DNA of 64,000 nucleotides from Verrucomicrobiia bacterium (GTDB lineage: Bacteria > Verrucomicrobiota > Verrucomicrobiia > Limisphaerales > UBA11358). Numbering within the stretch: position 1 is the first letter of the stretch; every line of letters starts with the position of its first letter. Below, in pieces: positions 37,898-50,648 of this stretch. A model generated the notes under the pieces. The model had not been told where the DNA came from and did not search any database. It saw nothing but the letters and a program-made list of their open reading frames with translations. The stretch is taken from positions 2,421 to 66,420 of the forward strand of contig JBAVOO010000057.1 in assembly GCA_049692125.1 (NCBI GenBank), given 5' to 3'. Made by a program: the position numbers and the translations under genes.

Positions 37898-38072
37898 CCT
37901 GAAATCCGAAATCCGAAGGGCGAAATCCGAAAGAAGCCCGAAAAACTGAGTGCGGTTGAGATTCCAGGCTGGGGTTTCGCGCCGAACAAAACCGGCCACC
38001 CTTGGTGCCGGAGTTTCGACCTTCGGGCTTCGGATTTCTTTCGGATTTCGGATTTTGAACTTCGGATTTCAG
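37898..38072. repeat. MITE/REP-like element with GAAATCCGAAAT-type inverted arms (copy 2 of 3)
   Basis: Left arm cctgaaatccgaaatccgaagggcgaaatccgaaagaagcccgaa. Right arm ttcgggcttcggatttctttcggatttcggattttgaacttcggatttcag. Confidence 0.7.
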
Positions 38073-38246
38073 ATTTGCCCAGTGCCGACTTTCGCTCCGG
38101 GCGGCTGGAAGCCGCCCTCTACGTCAGGCGGGATGCCTGACGCTGCGGACCGGTGGCAGTGCCTGGTTGCAACCCGCCAGTTCCAAACGCGAACAGTTAT
38201 GCTTGATTCCATTGCGTGGGCAAAGATAATCTCCCCCCCGATCACC

Positions 38247-40030
<1,784 letters not shown>

Positions 40031-40045
40031 TCTGACCAGGCCAAT

Positions 40046-42310
<2,265 letters not shown>

Positions 42311-42475
42311 TGAACCGCCAGCGTCGAACTTCCAATGAGGATGCCATCGGTTTGAGGTTCGATGTTGGATGCCTGCCGGGTCATCGCTTCCGAGCAACGG
42401 CCGGTTCGGTGTTCGATGTTCTCTGCTCTTCAAATTTGCATCGTCTCTGCCACAAAGCCGCGATAAACTTTCCGC

Positions 42476-43237
42476 ATGTTATCCGCCAAACCCTGGCGTG
42501 GGGAAGCCGTGCTCCAGTTTTGCGGGGCGCAGCTTCTCTGCTTTTGTCTCGGCCTGACGATTGCCGGCCTGCTGCAAAAGGCCGGGCTGGCCGCGTTCCA
42601 GCCGCCGGACGGTTTTGGCGCGGTGCTGCTGGGCACGCTGGGTTTTCAGGGGGCGGCCTGGCTGCTCATTTTATTTTTTTTGCGGCAACATCAAGCTGGC
42701 TGGCGTGAAGCCCTGGGTTTTCGCGGGCCGCAATTGCCGCGCGCGCTGCTCCTGGCCATGTTGGTCGTCGTCATCCTTTTGCCCGTTGCGTTGGGATTGC
42801 AACAGGTTTCGGCGGCCGTGCTGACAAAACTTGGCTGGCCGCCGGAAGAGCAGACCGCCGTGATGCTGCTGGCCAACACGAAATCGTGGTGGATGCGGGT
42901 TTATCTCAGCGGGTTCGCCGTCGTGCTCGCGCCGGTGGCCGAGGAATTTATTTTTCGGGGCATGTTGTATCCGTTCGTCAAACAACTCGGCTGGCCGCGG
43001 CTGGCGTGGTTCGGCGTCAGCTTCGCGTTTGCTTTGGTTCATGACGATGCCGCGACGTTCGTGCCGCTGGTTGTGCTGGCACTCGCGTTGACGTGGCTTT
43101 ACGAAAAAACGGACAACCTGCTCGCGCCCATTGCCGCGCACAGCCTGTTCAATATGGCGAACCTCGTGTTGCTGCATTTTGAAGAGCCGGTGAACCAGTT
43201 TTTACAAAAGTTTGAACACGTCCTTCATCTGACATGA
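42476..43237 (+). CDS. CPBP-family intramembrane glutamic endopeptidase
   Basis: [16 protein letters not shown] and AHSLFN motifs. Multiple TM helices. Confidence 0.8.
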   Translation: MLSAKPWRGEAVLQFCGAQLLCFCLGLTIAGLLQKAGLAAFQPPDGFGAVLLGTLGFQGAAWLLILFFLRQHQAGWREALGFRGPQLPRALLLAMLVVVILLPVALGLQQVSAAVLTKLGWPPEEQTAVMLLANTKSWWMRVYLSGFAVVLAPVAEEFIFRGMLYPFVKQLGWPRLAWFGVSFAFALVHDDAATFVPLVVLALALTWLYEKTDNLLAPIAAHSLFNMANLVLLHFEEPVNQFLQKFEHVLHLT

Positions 43238-44169
43238 ACGAATTTGAACTCATCGCGCGCCTGACAAAATCGCTGCCGACGAACCCAAACGTCGTGATCG
43301 GCGCGGGCGATGATTGCGCCGTGCTCGATTTCGGGCTGCCGGACAAATGGCTGCTGTTCAAAACGGATGCAATCGTCGAAGGCGTTCATTTTACCAAAGA
43401 CACGCCGCCGGAAAAAATCGGCCGCAAGGCCCTGGCCCGCGCCCTCAGTGACATCGCCGCGATGGCCGGCACGCCCACCGCCGCGCTCGTGACCATCGCG
43501 CTGCCGCCCAAGTTCGATGTGAAATTCGTCGAAGCCATTTACGACGGCATGAGGGCGCTGGCGCAAAAGCATGGCGTGGCCATCGTCGGCGGCGAAACGA
43601 CGGCGAATCCGGAGCGCATTTTGATTTCCATTGCCCTGCTCGGTTTTGCGCCACGTGGAAAAGCGGTGCTGCGTTCCGGCGCAAAAACCGGCGATGCCAT
43701 TTTTGTGACGGGTGAACTCGGCGGTTCGCTGGCGGGCAAACACCTGGAATTTGAGCCGCGCCTGACCGAGGCGCGCTGGCTCGCGGAAAACTTTTCCCTT
43801 CACGCCATGATTGATTTGAGCGACGGACTGGCGGGCGATTTGCGGCACATTTTGAAAGCCAGTCACGTCGGCGCGGAATTGCTCAAAACGGCCATTCCCA
43901 TCAGCCGCGCGGCGAAATTGCGGGCGAAGGAAAGTTCCTCCGCCAAACCCCCGTTCGTCGCGGCGTTGACCGAGGGCGAGGATTTTGAACTGTTGTTCAC
44001 GGTGGCGGGCGCCGACACAGTGAAATTGCCCGACGCGTGGAAAAAACAATTTCCGAAACTGAAATTGAGTTGCCTCGGCAAAATCACGGCGGGGGGAGGC
44101 GTCACAATTCGCGACCAAACCGGCGCCCAACCGCTTGCCGCCCATGGCTACGTTCATTTTGCGTCTTAA
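43234..44169 (+). CDS. thiL: thiamine-monophosphate kinase
   Basis: GDDCAVL, TDAIVEGVHF and LSDIAAMAGTP motifs. Confidence 0.85.
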   Translation: MNEFELIARLTKSLPTNPNVVIGAGDDCAVLDFGLPDKWLLFKTDAIVEGVHFTKDTPPEKIGRKALARALSDIAAMAGTPTAALVTIALPPKFDVKFVEAIYDGMRALAQKHGVAIVGGETTANPERILISIALLGFAPRGKAVLRSGAKTGDAIFVTGELGGSLAGKHLEFEPRLTEARWLAENFSLHAMIDLSDGLAGDLRHILKASHVGAELLKTAIPISRAAKLRAKESSSAKPPFVAALTEGEDFELLFTVAGADTVKLPDAWKKQFPKLKLSCLGKITAGGGVTIRDQTGAQPLAAHGYVHFAS

Positions 44170-44174
44170 CGTAG

Positions 44175-44418
44175 CGCGGGCATCCCGCCGGCTCCGGAAA
44201 GACATGACGCGGCCGGGTTGCAACCCAATCTTTTTGGACTGCGGCGGGAAGCGAAGCGCCACGCCGCTTTGGAAGCTCGGTCCGCAGTCGAAAAGCGGTG
44301 TCGCCGCTGCGCTCTGCCACCGCAGTCCAAAACCCTCGTGGCGCACGAGGGTTCTGACAGATGGCACTGCGAAACGTTCCGAAGACGCTGCCGTTGGCTG
44401 GGCAGGCAGGATGCCCGC
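44175..44418. repeat. about 245-bp MITE-like element with terminal inverted repeat GCGGGCATCC/GGATGCCCGC
   Basis: The terminal 10-bp inverted repeats enclose several internal hairpins (e.g. ggactgcggcgg..., ccaccgcagtcc). Fills the thiL-tsaE intergenic region. Confidence 0.55.
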
Positions 44419-44431
44419 CTTACTTTGATTT

Positions 44432-44872
44432 ATGGCCACGTTCATTTCGCATAGTCCGGCGGAAACCGGGTCGCTCGGCGAGCGCTGGGGGCGCGCGGCG
44501 CAACGCGGACTGGTCGTCGGCTTGTCCGGCGATTTGGGCGCGGGTAAAACTCAGCTCGTGAAGGGCCTCGCGCGCGGACTCGGCATCACGGCGCGGGTGC
44601 ATTCGCCAACGTTCACGCTGGTGAACGAATATGGCGGCGGGCGGCTGCGGCTGTTTCATCTGGATTTGTACCGGCTCGAAACGCGCGGGCAAATTGTGTC
44701 CGCCGGGCTGGAGGAATTCCTGCAACCGGATGGCGTGACGGTGATTGAATGGGCGGAGCGGTGGATAAATTGTGGATTGCGGATTGCAGATTGCGGATTG
44801 TTCAAGCAGGCGAACATTGACATTGTCGGCGAAATGGAACGGCGGATTATTTATGACGATTTTGGCGCTTGA
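44432..44872 (+). CDS. tsaE: tRNA t6A37 biosynthesis ATPase TsaE
   Basis: GDLGAGKTQLVKGLARGLGI...SPTFTLVNEY. Confidence 0.8.
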   Translation: MATFISHSPAETGSLGERWGRAAQRGLVVGLSGDLGAGKTQLVKGLARGLGITARVHSPTFTLVNEYGGGRLRLFHLDLYRLETRGQIVSAGLEEFLQPDGVTVIEWAERWINCGLRIADCGLFKQANIDIVGEMERRIIYDDFGA

Positions 44873-45533
44873 ATTTTCATCCGGGCAAAGAAGTGTCGCG
44901 GTCGTGCGCCGTCGCGCGGGCGAGGCTTCGTTCGTCGCCAGCGAGGTGGTTGAAACCGGCGCCGGCGGAACGCGGGCGCTGGGGATGATTGAAGGCGCAC
45001 TGCGCGAAGCCGGTCTGGAACGCGAGCAGATTGAAGTGCTGGCCATTGGTCTTGGTCCCGGTTCCTATACCGGCATCCGGGTCGCGCTTGCGGTGGCGCA
45101 AGGGTGGCAACTGGCGTCCCGCCCTGGCGGGATGAAGTTGCTCGGCGTGAGCAGCGCGGAATGTGTGGCGGCGCAGGCGCAGGCGGAAAACATTTCCGGC
45201 CGCGTGAACGTGGTGATTGACGCGCAACGGAATGAATTCTATCTGGCGGCGTACGAAATTTCGGCGGCCGGCTGGCGGGAAATCGGGCCGCTGCGGATTT
45301 TGACGCGGGCGGAGGTTGAATCACGGGCCGGCGCGAAAGAAACCTTGATCGGGCCGGAGGTGACACGATGGTTTCCAAATGGCCGGATGGTTTTCCCGCG
45401 CGCGGCGATGTTGGGACAACTCGCCTTGGACCGAAACGATTTTGCCGCGGGCGACAAGCTGGAGCCGATTTATTTGCGGGAAACGAATTTTGTGAAGGCG
45501 CCGCCAAGCCGGCGAACTGCGCCTTGCCCCTGA
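44853..45533 (+). CDS. tsaB: tRNA t6A37 biosynthesis protein TsaB
   Basis: MTILALEFSS...IGLGPGSYTGIRVALAVAQGW. Confidence 0.8.
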   Translation: MTILALEFSSGQRSVAVVRRRAGEASFVASEVVETGAGGTRALGMIEGALREAGLEREQIEVLAIGLGPGSYTGIRVALAVAQGWQLASRPGGMKLLGVSSAECVAAQAQAENISGRVNVVIDAQRNEFYLAAYEISAAGWREIGPLRILTRAEVESRAGAKETLIGPEVTRWFPNGRMVFPRAAMLGQLALDRNDFAAGDKLEPIYLRETNFVKAPPSRRTAPCP

Positions 45534-45818
45534 GAGTTTTTGGTTCTGCTTGAAGCACCTGGCGCGCTGCGACCGCTGTCAAATTTCAGGACAGGGAGGG
45601 TTGGCGTGACCAAGGGCAACCGTCCGGCAGACGGTGCTTCAAAAGTTAATTTGGCGTGGCGTTGGCAGTCTTCAGCGCGCTGGCGAGCCGGGACACGCGA
45701 CACAACGGGCAAGGGCTGTAAATAAGGACATTCCCCCTCATGATGGCACGAGCCATGCTAAAAACCATTAATCTGGTGCGCAAGAGACGCCATTAGCGAA
45801 AACTCAAATTCATCCATT

Positions 45819-46322
45819 ATGGTGGTTCATTTTAAACAGGCCGGCAAGCGGAATGCCGTCACCGCGTTCACGTTGCTGGAAGTCATGATTGGGTTCGTCA
45901 TTTTCGGACTGGTGGTTACGGGGATGATTTACGGATACGTGCAGGCCAACCGGCTGACGGAATGGAGTTCGCAGTCGCTGGCGGCCATGTCGTATGCGTC
46001 GCAGGGGATGGAGCAGATGCGCTCGGCGCAGTGGTGTGCAGAGGAGTACTCCACAGCCAACGGGCAGGGAACCACGGACGTGTTGCCAATTACGAATCAG
46101 CCTGATGGGACCTGGGGGTTTTGGACCAATCAGGTTGACACACTGGACATTCCGACAACTGGAAGCCTGATCAATGTTACGAACTACATCTACGTCACGT
46201 GTATTTCATCCAGCCCGCCGCTGAGGCGAATCGTCTCGCAAGTTGTGTGGACCTTCCGGCTGACCGGTAAAATGTTCACCAACACCATGGTTTCCCTGCG
46301 CGCCCCCGACCAGCTCCAATGA
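45819..46322 (+). CDS. prepilin-type N-terminal cleavage/methylation domain protein (pseudopilin)
   Basis: AFTLLEVMIGFVIFGLVV class-III signal motif. Confidence 0.75.
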   Translation: MVVHFKQAGKRNAVTAFTLLEVMIGFVIFGLVVTGMIYGYVQANRLTEWSSQSLAAMSYASQGMEQMRSAQWCAEEYSTANGQGTTDVLPITNQPDGTWGFWTNQVDTLDIPTTGSLINVTNYIYVTCISSSPPLRRIVSQVVWTFRLTGKMFTNTMVSLRAPDQLQ

Positions 46323-46978
46323 ATCTTTTCAAAAACATCCAAAACCGGGCGCGTCGGAGAAACGTCCGCGGGTTCACACTGGTGGAAATGGTGGTCACGG
46401 TTTGGGTCTTCCTGTTTGTCTTCACCGGCGTGATGGTCGCCGTTCAAATTTTCGGGTTGCGCATTTATACGGTGGCGGCAACCAAGCTGGTGGCCACCAC
46501 CGGTGGCCGCCAGGCGCTGAATCAAATCCGGGACCAAATCCGGGAGGGGAAAATGGTTTATGTCGGGAACTGTTCCGCTCCCCTCTACTCTTCCTTCACG
46601 CTCATTGGGACGACAAACTCGCAGCAGGGCAACGCGCTGATAATTTATCCCACCACGAACACGGGCTGGTGCTCGATTTACTATCTGGACACCAGCACCA
46701 CGACCAATCGCTTGCTGCAATTTAACGTGTCCAATAACGTCACCACCTACACCAACACCCTGGCCAAGTATCTTACCAACCAAATCGTTTTCGATGCCAG
46801 GGACTGGAAGAACACCATTCTGACGAACGACCAAAGTTTGGATAATCGTTTGCTCATAGAAGTGACAATGCAATTTTCGCAATGGGAATACCCCATCGCT
46901 TTTGTTGGCGGGGTTGGTCTCAACGCTTACGATTATTATCAACTGCGCACGCGGGTCTTCCGTCGCGAGTGGAACTGA
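46319..46978 (+). CDS. prepilin-type N-terminal cleavage/methylation domain protein (pseudopilin)
   Basis: RGFTLVEMVVTVWVFLFVF motif. Start overlaps the upstream stop. Confidence 0.75.
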   Translation: MNLFKNIQNRARRRNVRGFTLVEMVVTVWVFLFVFTGVMVAVQIFGLRIYTVAATKLVATTGGRQALNQIRDQIREGKMVYVGNCSAPLYSSFTLIGTTNSQQGNALIIYPTTNTGWCSIYYLDTSTTTNRLLQFNVSNNVTTYTNTLAKYLTNQIVFDARDWKNTILTNDQSLDNRLLIEVTMQFSQWEYPIAFVGGVGLNAYDYYQLRTRVFRREWN

Positions 46979-46995
46979 AAGCACAAAGGAGGTTT

Positions 46996-49053
46996 ATGCA
47001 AACTTTATCCAGACTCATACGGCGGAACCGCCGGGGTTACGCGTTGATCATCATCATGTGTTTTTTGGGCGCCTGTCTGGTCGTCTTTGCCAGCATGATG
47101 TATTTGATCACCAGCAATGCCCGCGTGACCGCGCGGAACAACCAGTTCAACATGAGTGAATCCGCCGCGGAAGCCGCCACCGAAAAGGTCCTTGCCCAAA
47201 TGAATTACGACTTCGTCGCCCAAAGTCTCTCGAACAGCGGGGCCTATTACGGCAGCATGATTCCCACTACGAACATAAATCAGCAGCCGCACTGGCCCAT
47301 CAACGATCAGGCGAGCTGGCCCGTCCAATATGCCTATACCGCCACCAACGGCAACCCGAACCAGATCAGCGTCTGGATGGGTCCATGGACCACCAACACG
47401 GTGCCTCTGAACTCGCAATACACGAATTTGTATGGTTTGGTGCAGCCTTGCACCATCACCGCTACCGCCACGCCGATCTCCACCAACGTGTCTTACGCCG
47501 TGCCGGCCACCGTCAGCGAGTCAATTCAATTCGCCTCCATCCCCCTCTTTCAATTCGCCATATTCTATAATATGAATCTGGAAATTGCCGCCGCCCAGAC
47601 TTTGAACATCGTTGGTCCAGTGTGGTCCAATGCCGGCCTTTGGTCGGGGTCAACCACCGTCACCTTCGCAAATACGGTTTCCGCCGTCGGAATAGCCACC
47701 AATGGCGCCAGTGATCCTTTTTGCACCGGTTATACCGGCAGCGGCAAATCCACTTACTCAATGGCAGGCCAGCCGACCTCCGGCAACGATCATATAACCA
47801 TGCCGATCGGCACCAACAATAATCCTGCCGCCGTCGAAGCGATCATCAACCTTCCGCCTTCCGCCTATGCCATGAACTCGGCGGCGGCCTTTACGACCAA
47901 CGGCCAGATTTATCTCGCCAACGCCGCCGATCTCTACCTCACCAACTTTCCCAACGGCACCAATTGGGGCACGCTCAGGCCCAATTGCACCAACACTGTG
48001 TATTTTCAGAGTAATGCATGCATGATTCTGTATTATCAGGATGCGAATTCAGCAGGAGCACCCCCCTATCTGACCCAGATACCGTATGATTTTTACCTTT
48101 TGAAGACTAATTACGGCGGCAACGTCGCCACCTATTTCACCAACTATGTCGTCACAAATGGATTTTATGGCAGCCTAAACACTAACCATTTTAATTGTTT
48201 TTCGAACGTCCAATACGCCGGCTATTCGTTTTTGACGAATGTTCTCTTCTACGACTGGCGCGAAGGTTGGAATGGAGCCTCCGGCCCGCCGAAGGCGGTT
48301 CAAGCCGTCCAGATTGACATCACAAAATTCAACATTTGGCTCACCAACAGTGCGGCCACCAATAACGGAATCTCCTACAACACCCAATGCGACTTACCCA
48401 GTCACAAATCCCATCCGATTGACTCCATTTACGTTTATAACGCCGTTCCTTTGACCGGCACGACCCTCCCGGCCGTGCGCCTCGTCAACGGAAGCATATT
48501 GCCGTCGCAAACAGCACCCTACGGCTTCACCGTCGCCACGGCGATGGCGTTGTATGTGTGGGGCAACTACAACGCGTCAAACACCTCCGGCTCGTCTCTC
48601 GGCCAAAACAGCACCACCTACACCTGGCCTGCCGGGCTGATGGGCGACGCCATTACCATTCTTTCAACCAGTTGGAATGATACCAACAGCACTGCTGCCA
48701 AAATATCAACTGATACCAGTGGCGGTCCGTCAGCCGGCTCAGGCTCAACCACCGTTAACGCAGCAATCCTCGCAGGCATTGTCCAATCAACCAACTCAAA
48801 CTATAGCGGCGGGGTGGAAAATTTTCTCCGTACGCTGGAGAATTGGAGCAGTGCCACCTTGTGGTATAACGGCTCCATTGTGGTCATGTTCCCCAGCCAA
48901 TATGCGACAAATTCCTGGCAGCAAACCGGCAACTATTACACCGCACCCAACCGCAAGTGGGCTTTCGACACGAATTTTGAGGCGCAAGTCGGGCTGCCGC
49001 CAATGACGCCGCAAGCCAAGGGTGTCATCCGCGCCAACTGGCTTGATTACTAA
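46996..49053 (+). CDS. large (685 aa) membrane-anchored, Asn/Thr/Tyr-rich pilus/secretion-associated protein (PilX/GspK-like N-terminus)
   Basis: RRGYALIIIMCFLGACLVVFASMMYLITSNARVTARN resembles a PilX_N/GspK N-terminus. The remainder is beta-rich low complexity. Confidence 0.55.
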   Translation: MQTLSRLIRRNRRGYALIIIMCFLGACLVVFASMMYLITSNARVTARNNQFNMSESAAEAATEKVLAQMNYDFVAQSLSNSGAYYGSMIPTTNINQQPHWPINDQASWPVQYAYTATNGNPNQISVWMGPWTTNTVPLNSQYTNLYGLVQPCTITATATPISTNVSYAVPATVSESIQFASIPLFQFAIFYNMNLEIAAAQTLNIVGPVWSNAGLWSGSTTVTFANTVSAVGIATNGASDPFCTGYTGSGKSTYSMAGQPTSGNDHITMPIGTNNNPAAVEAIINLPPSAYAMNSAAAFTTNGQIYLANAADLYLTNFPNGTNWGTLRPNCTNTVYFQSNACMILYYQDANSAGAPPYLTQIPYDFYLLKTNYGGNVATYFTNYVVTNGFYGSLNTNHFNCFSNVQYAGYSFLTNVLFYDWREGWNGASGPPKAVQAVQIDITKFNIWLTNSAATNNGISYNTQCDLPSHKSHPIDSIYVYNAVPLTGTTLPAVRLVNGSILPSQTAPYGFTVATAMALYVWGNYNASNTSGSSLGQNSTTYTWPAGLMGDAITILSTSWNDTNSTAAKISTDTSGGPSAGSGSTTVNAAILAGIVQSTNSNYSGGVENFLRTLENWSSATLWYNGSIVVMFPSQYATNSWQQTGNYYTAPNRKWAFDTNFEAQVGLPPMTPQAKGVIRANWLDY

Positions 49054-49066
49054 TGTATAATGTAAA

Positions 49067-50278
49067 ATGAAAACGACGCAAACTTTGAAGATTGCCTGTC
49101 TGCTGTGTGTGATGGCGCTGCAAGCGGCCACCAGCGGAGGTCAAACCGTGACCAAGGTTGCCGCCGGAGGCTACTTCAGCCTGTTTCTCAAGAGCGATGG
49201 CAGTCTGTGGGCCATGGGCGATAACAGCTATGGCGAGTTGGGCGACGGCACTTACAACCAGGCCGACCTGCCCGAACAAATTGTGGCCAGCAACATCACG
49301 GCGATTGCCGGGGGAGGCTACTATAGCCTGTTTCTCCAAAGCGATGGCAGTCTGTGGGCCATGGGCGACAACGGCGCTGGCCAGTTGGGCGACGGCACTT
49401 ACAACCAGACCAATCTGCCCGAGCAGATTGTGGCCAGCAACGTCACGGCGATTGCCGCCGGATATAAACACAGTCTGTTTCTCAAGAGCAACGGCAGTCT
49501 GTGGGCCATGGGCTACAATGCCTCTGGCCAGTTGGGCGACGGCACTGACAACAACACCAACCGACCCAAGCAGATTGTGGCCAGCAACGTCACGGCGATT
49601 GCCGCCGGATATAAACACAGTCTGTTTCTCAAGAGCGACGGCAGCCTGTGGGCCATGGGCTACAATGCCTCTGGCCAGTTGGGCGACGGCACTTACAACC
49701 AGACCAACCGGCCCGAGCAGATTGTGGCCAGCAATGTCACGGCGATTGCCGCCGGATACAACCACAGCCTGTTTCTCAAGAGCGACGGCAGCCTGTGGGC
49801 CATGGGCGACAACGACGCCGGCGAGTTGGGCGACGGCACTTACAATCAGGCCACCCTGCCCGAGCAGATTGTGGCCACCAACGTCACGGCGATTGCCGGA
49901 GGAAGCGACCACAGCCTGTTTCTCCAAAGCGACGGCAGCCTGTGGGCCATGGGCGACAACAGCTATGGCCAGTTGGGCGACGGCACCACTGATAACGACA
50001 ACTACAACACCAACCTTCCCGAACAGATTGTGGGCGGTCCAAGCGTGCCCCCGGGCTACAATCAAATCTCCGGCCAGCTTTTGGGGACGGGCGACATGCA
50101 GTTGTCCTTTGTGGGCGTCGCCGTAGCGAATTACGCGCTGGATCGTTCCTTCAGCCTGACATCGCCCAACTGGGTGCCGCAGTTGACCAATTCCACCGAC
50201 GCGGGCGGGGTGCTGGTGTTCACCAACACGCCCGATCCAACCACCACCGATTTCTGGCGCATCCGCTCCGTGCCCTAG
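49067..50278 (+). CDS. secreted RCC1-repeat (beta-propeller) protein
   Basis: Signal peptide plus about six tandem units of HSLFLKSDGSLWAMG.N..GQLGDGT. Confidence 0.8.
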   Translation: MKTTQTLKIACLLCVMALQAATSGGQTVTKVAAGGYFSLFLKSDGSLWAMGDNSYGELGDGTYNQADLPEQIVASNITAIAGGGYYSLFLQSDGSLWAMGDNGAGQLGDGTYNQTNLPEQIVASNVTAIAAGYKHSLFLKSNGSLWAMGYNASGQLGDGTDNNTNRPKQIVASNVTAIAAGYKHSLFLKSDGSLWAMGYNASGQLGDGTYNQTNRPEQIVASNVTAIAAGYNHSLFLKSDGSLWAMGDNDAGELGDGTYNQATLPEQIVATNVTAIAGGSDHSLFLQSDGSLWAMGDNSYGQLGDGTTDNDNYNTNLPEQIVGGPSVPPGYNQISGQLLGTGDMQLSFVGVAVANYALDRSFSLTSPNWVPQLTNSTDAGGVLVFTNTPDPTTTDFWRIRSVP

Positions 50279-50648
50279 CTTCAGCCAACCAACAGTTGCC
50301 ACGACCAAACCAGCGGGCGAAACAGGCCCATTCTGCAAACCATGCGCCGGACGGTTTTTCTTGCGGGCGTTTTGTTTGTGCAAGTGCTGGTTGACCGCGT
50401 TTGTCACCTTGACCAGCCCCGCCCGGTCTTTGACCGGTTCCGGCAGTTCTGACGCCGCAAAGAACCTGATGCCGTTCGGCGGCGGATTGCCGGGCGGCTT
50501 GAGCCGGCGCGCGGCAACGGGAATCGGCGCATCATGCGGCTGGCAATTCAACCCCCACGCCGCCTGCGCCGCCATCAGGCAGGCAGAGATATATGGCTTT
50601 GCCTGATTAAAAACTCTGCTTCGCTTTGTCCTTTCCTGCGCATAAGCT

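Noticed and set aside
38150-38175. Sigma-54-like promoter (tggcagtgcctggttgca) upstream of amt.
   Set aside because: The GG-to-GC spacing is 2 nt longer than the TGGCAC-N5-TTGC consensus. A similar near-miss lies upstream of the orphan P-II gene (about 63905-63930). Neither is convincing by eye.
44765-44800. Short tandem repeats, here and at 41299-41331 and 37901-37945, considered as possible CRISPR arrays.
   Set aside because: The units are 7-13 nt with no unique spacers. This is far too short and contiguous for CRISPR. I see no cas genes in the window.
50279-50648. Possible small genes in the RCC1-ADH spacer (ORF 50361..50606 +, and the N-terminal part of 49025..50668 -).
   Set aside because: No motifs, no convincing RBS or start context, and low-complexity products.
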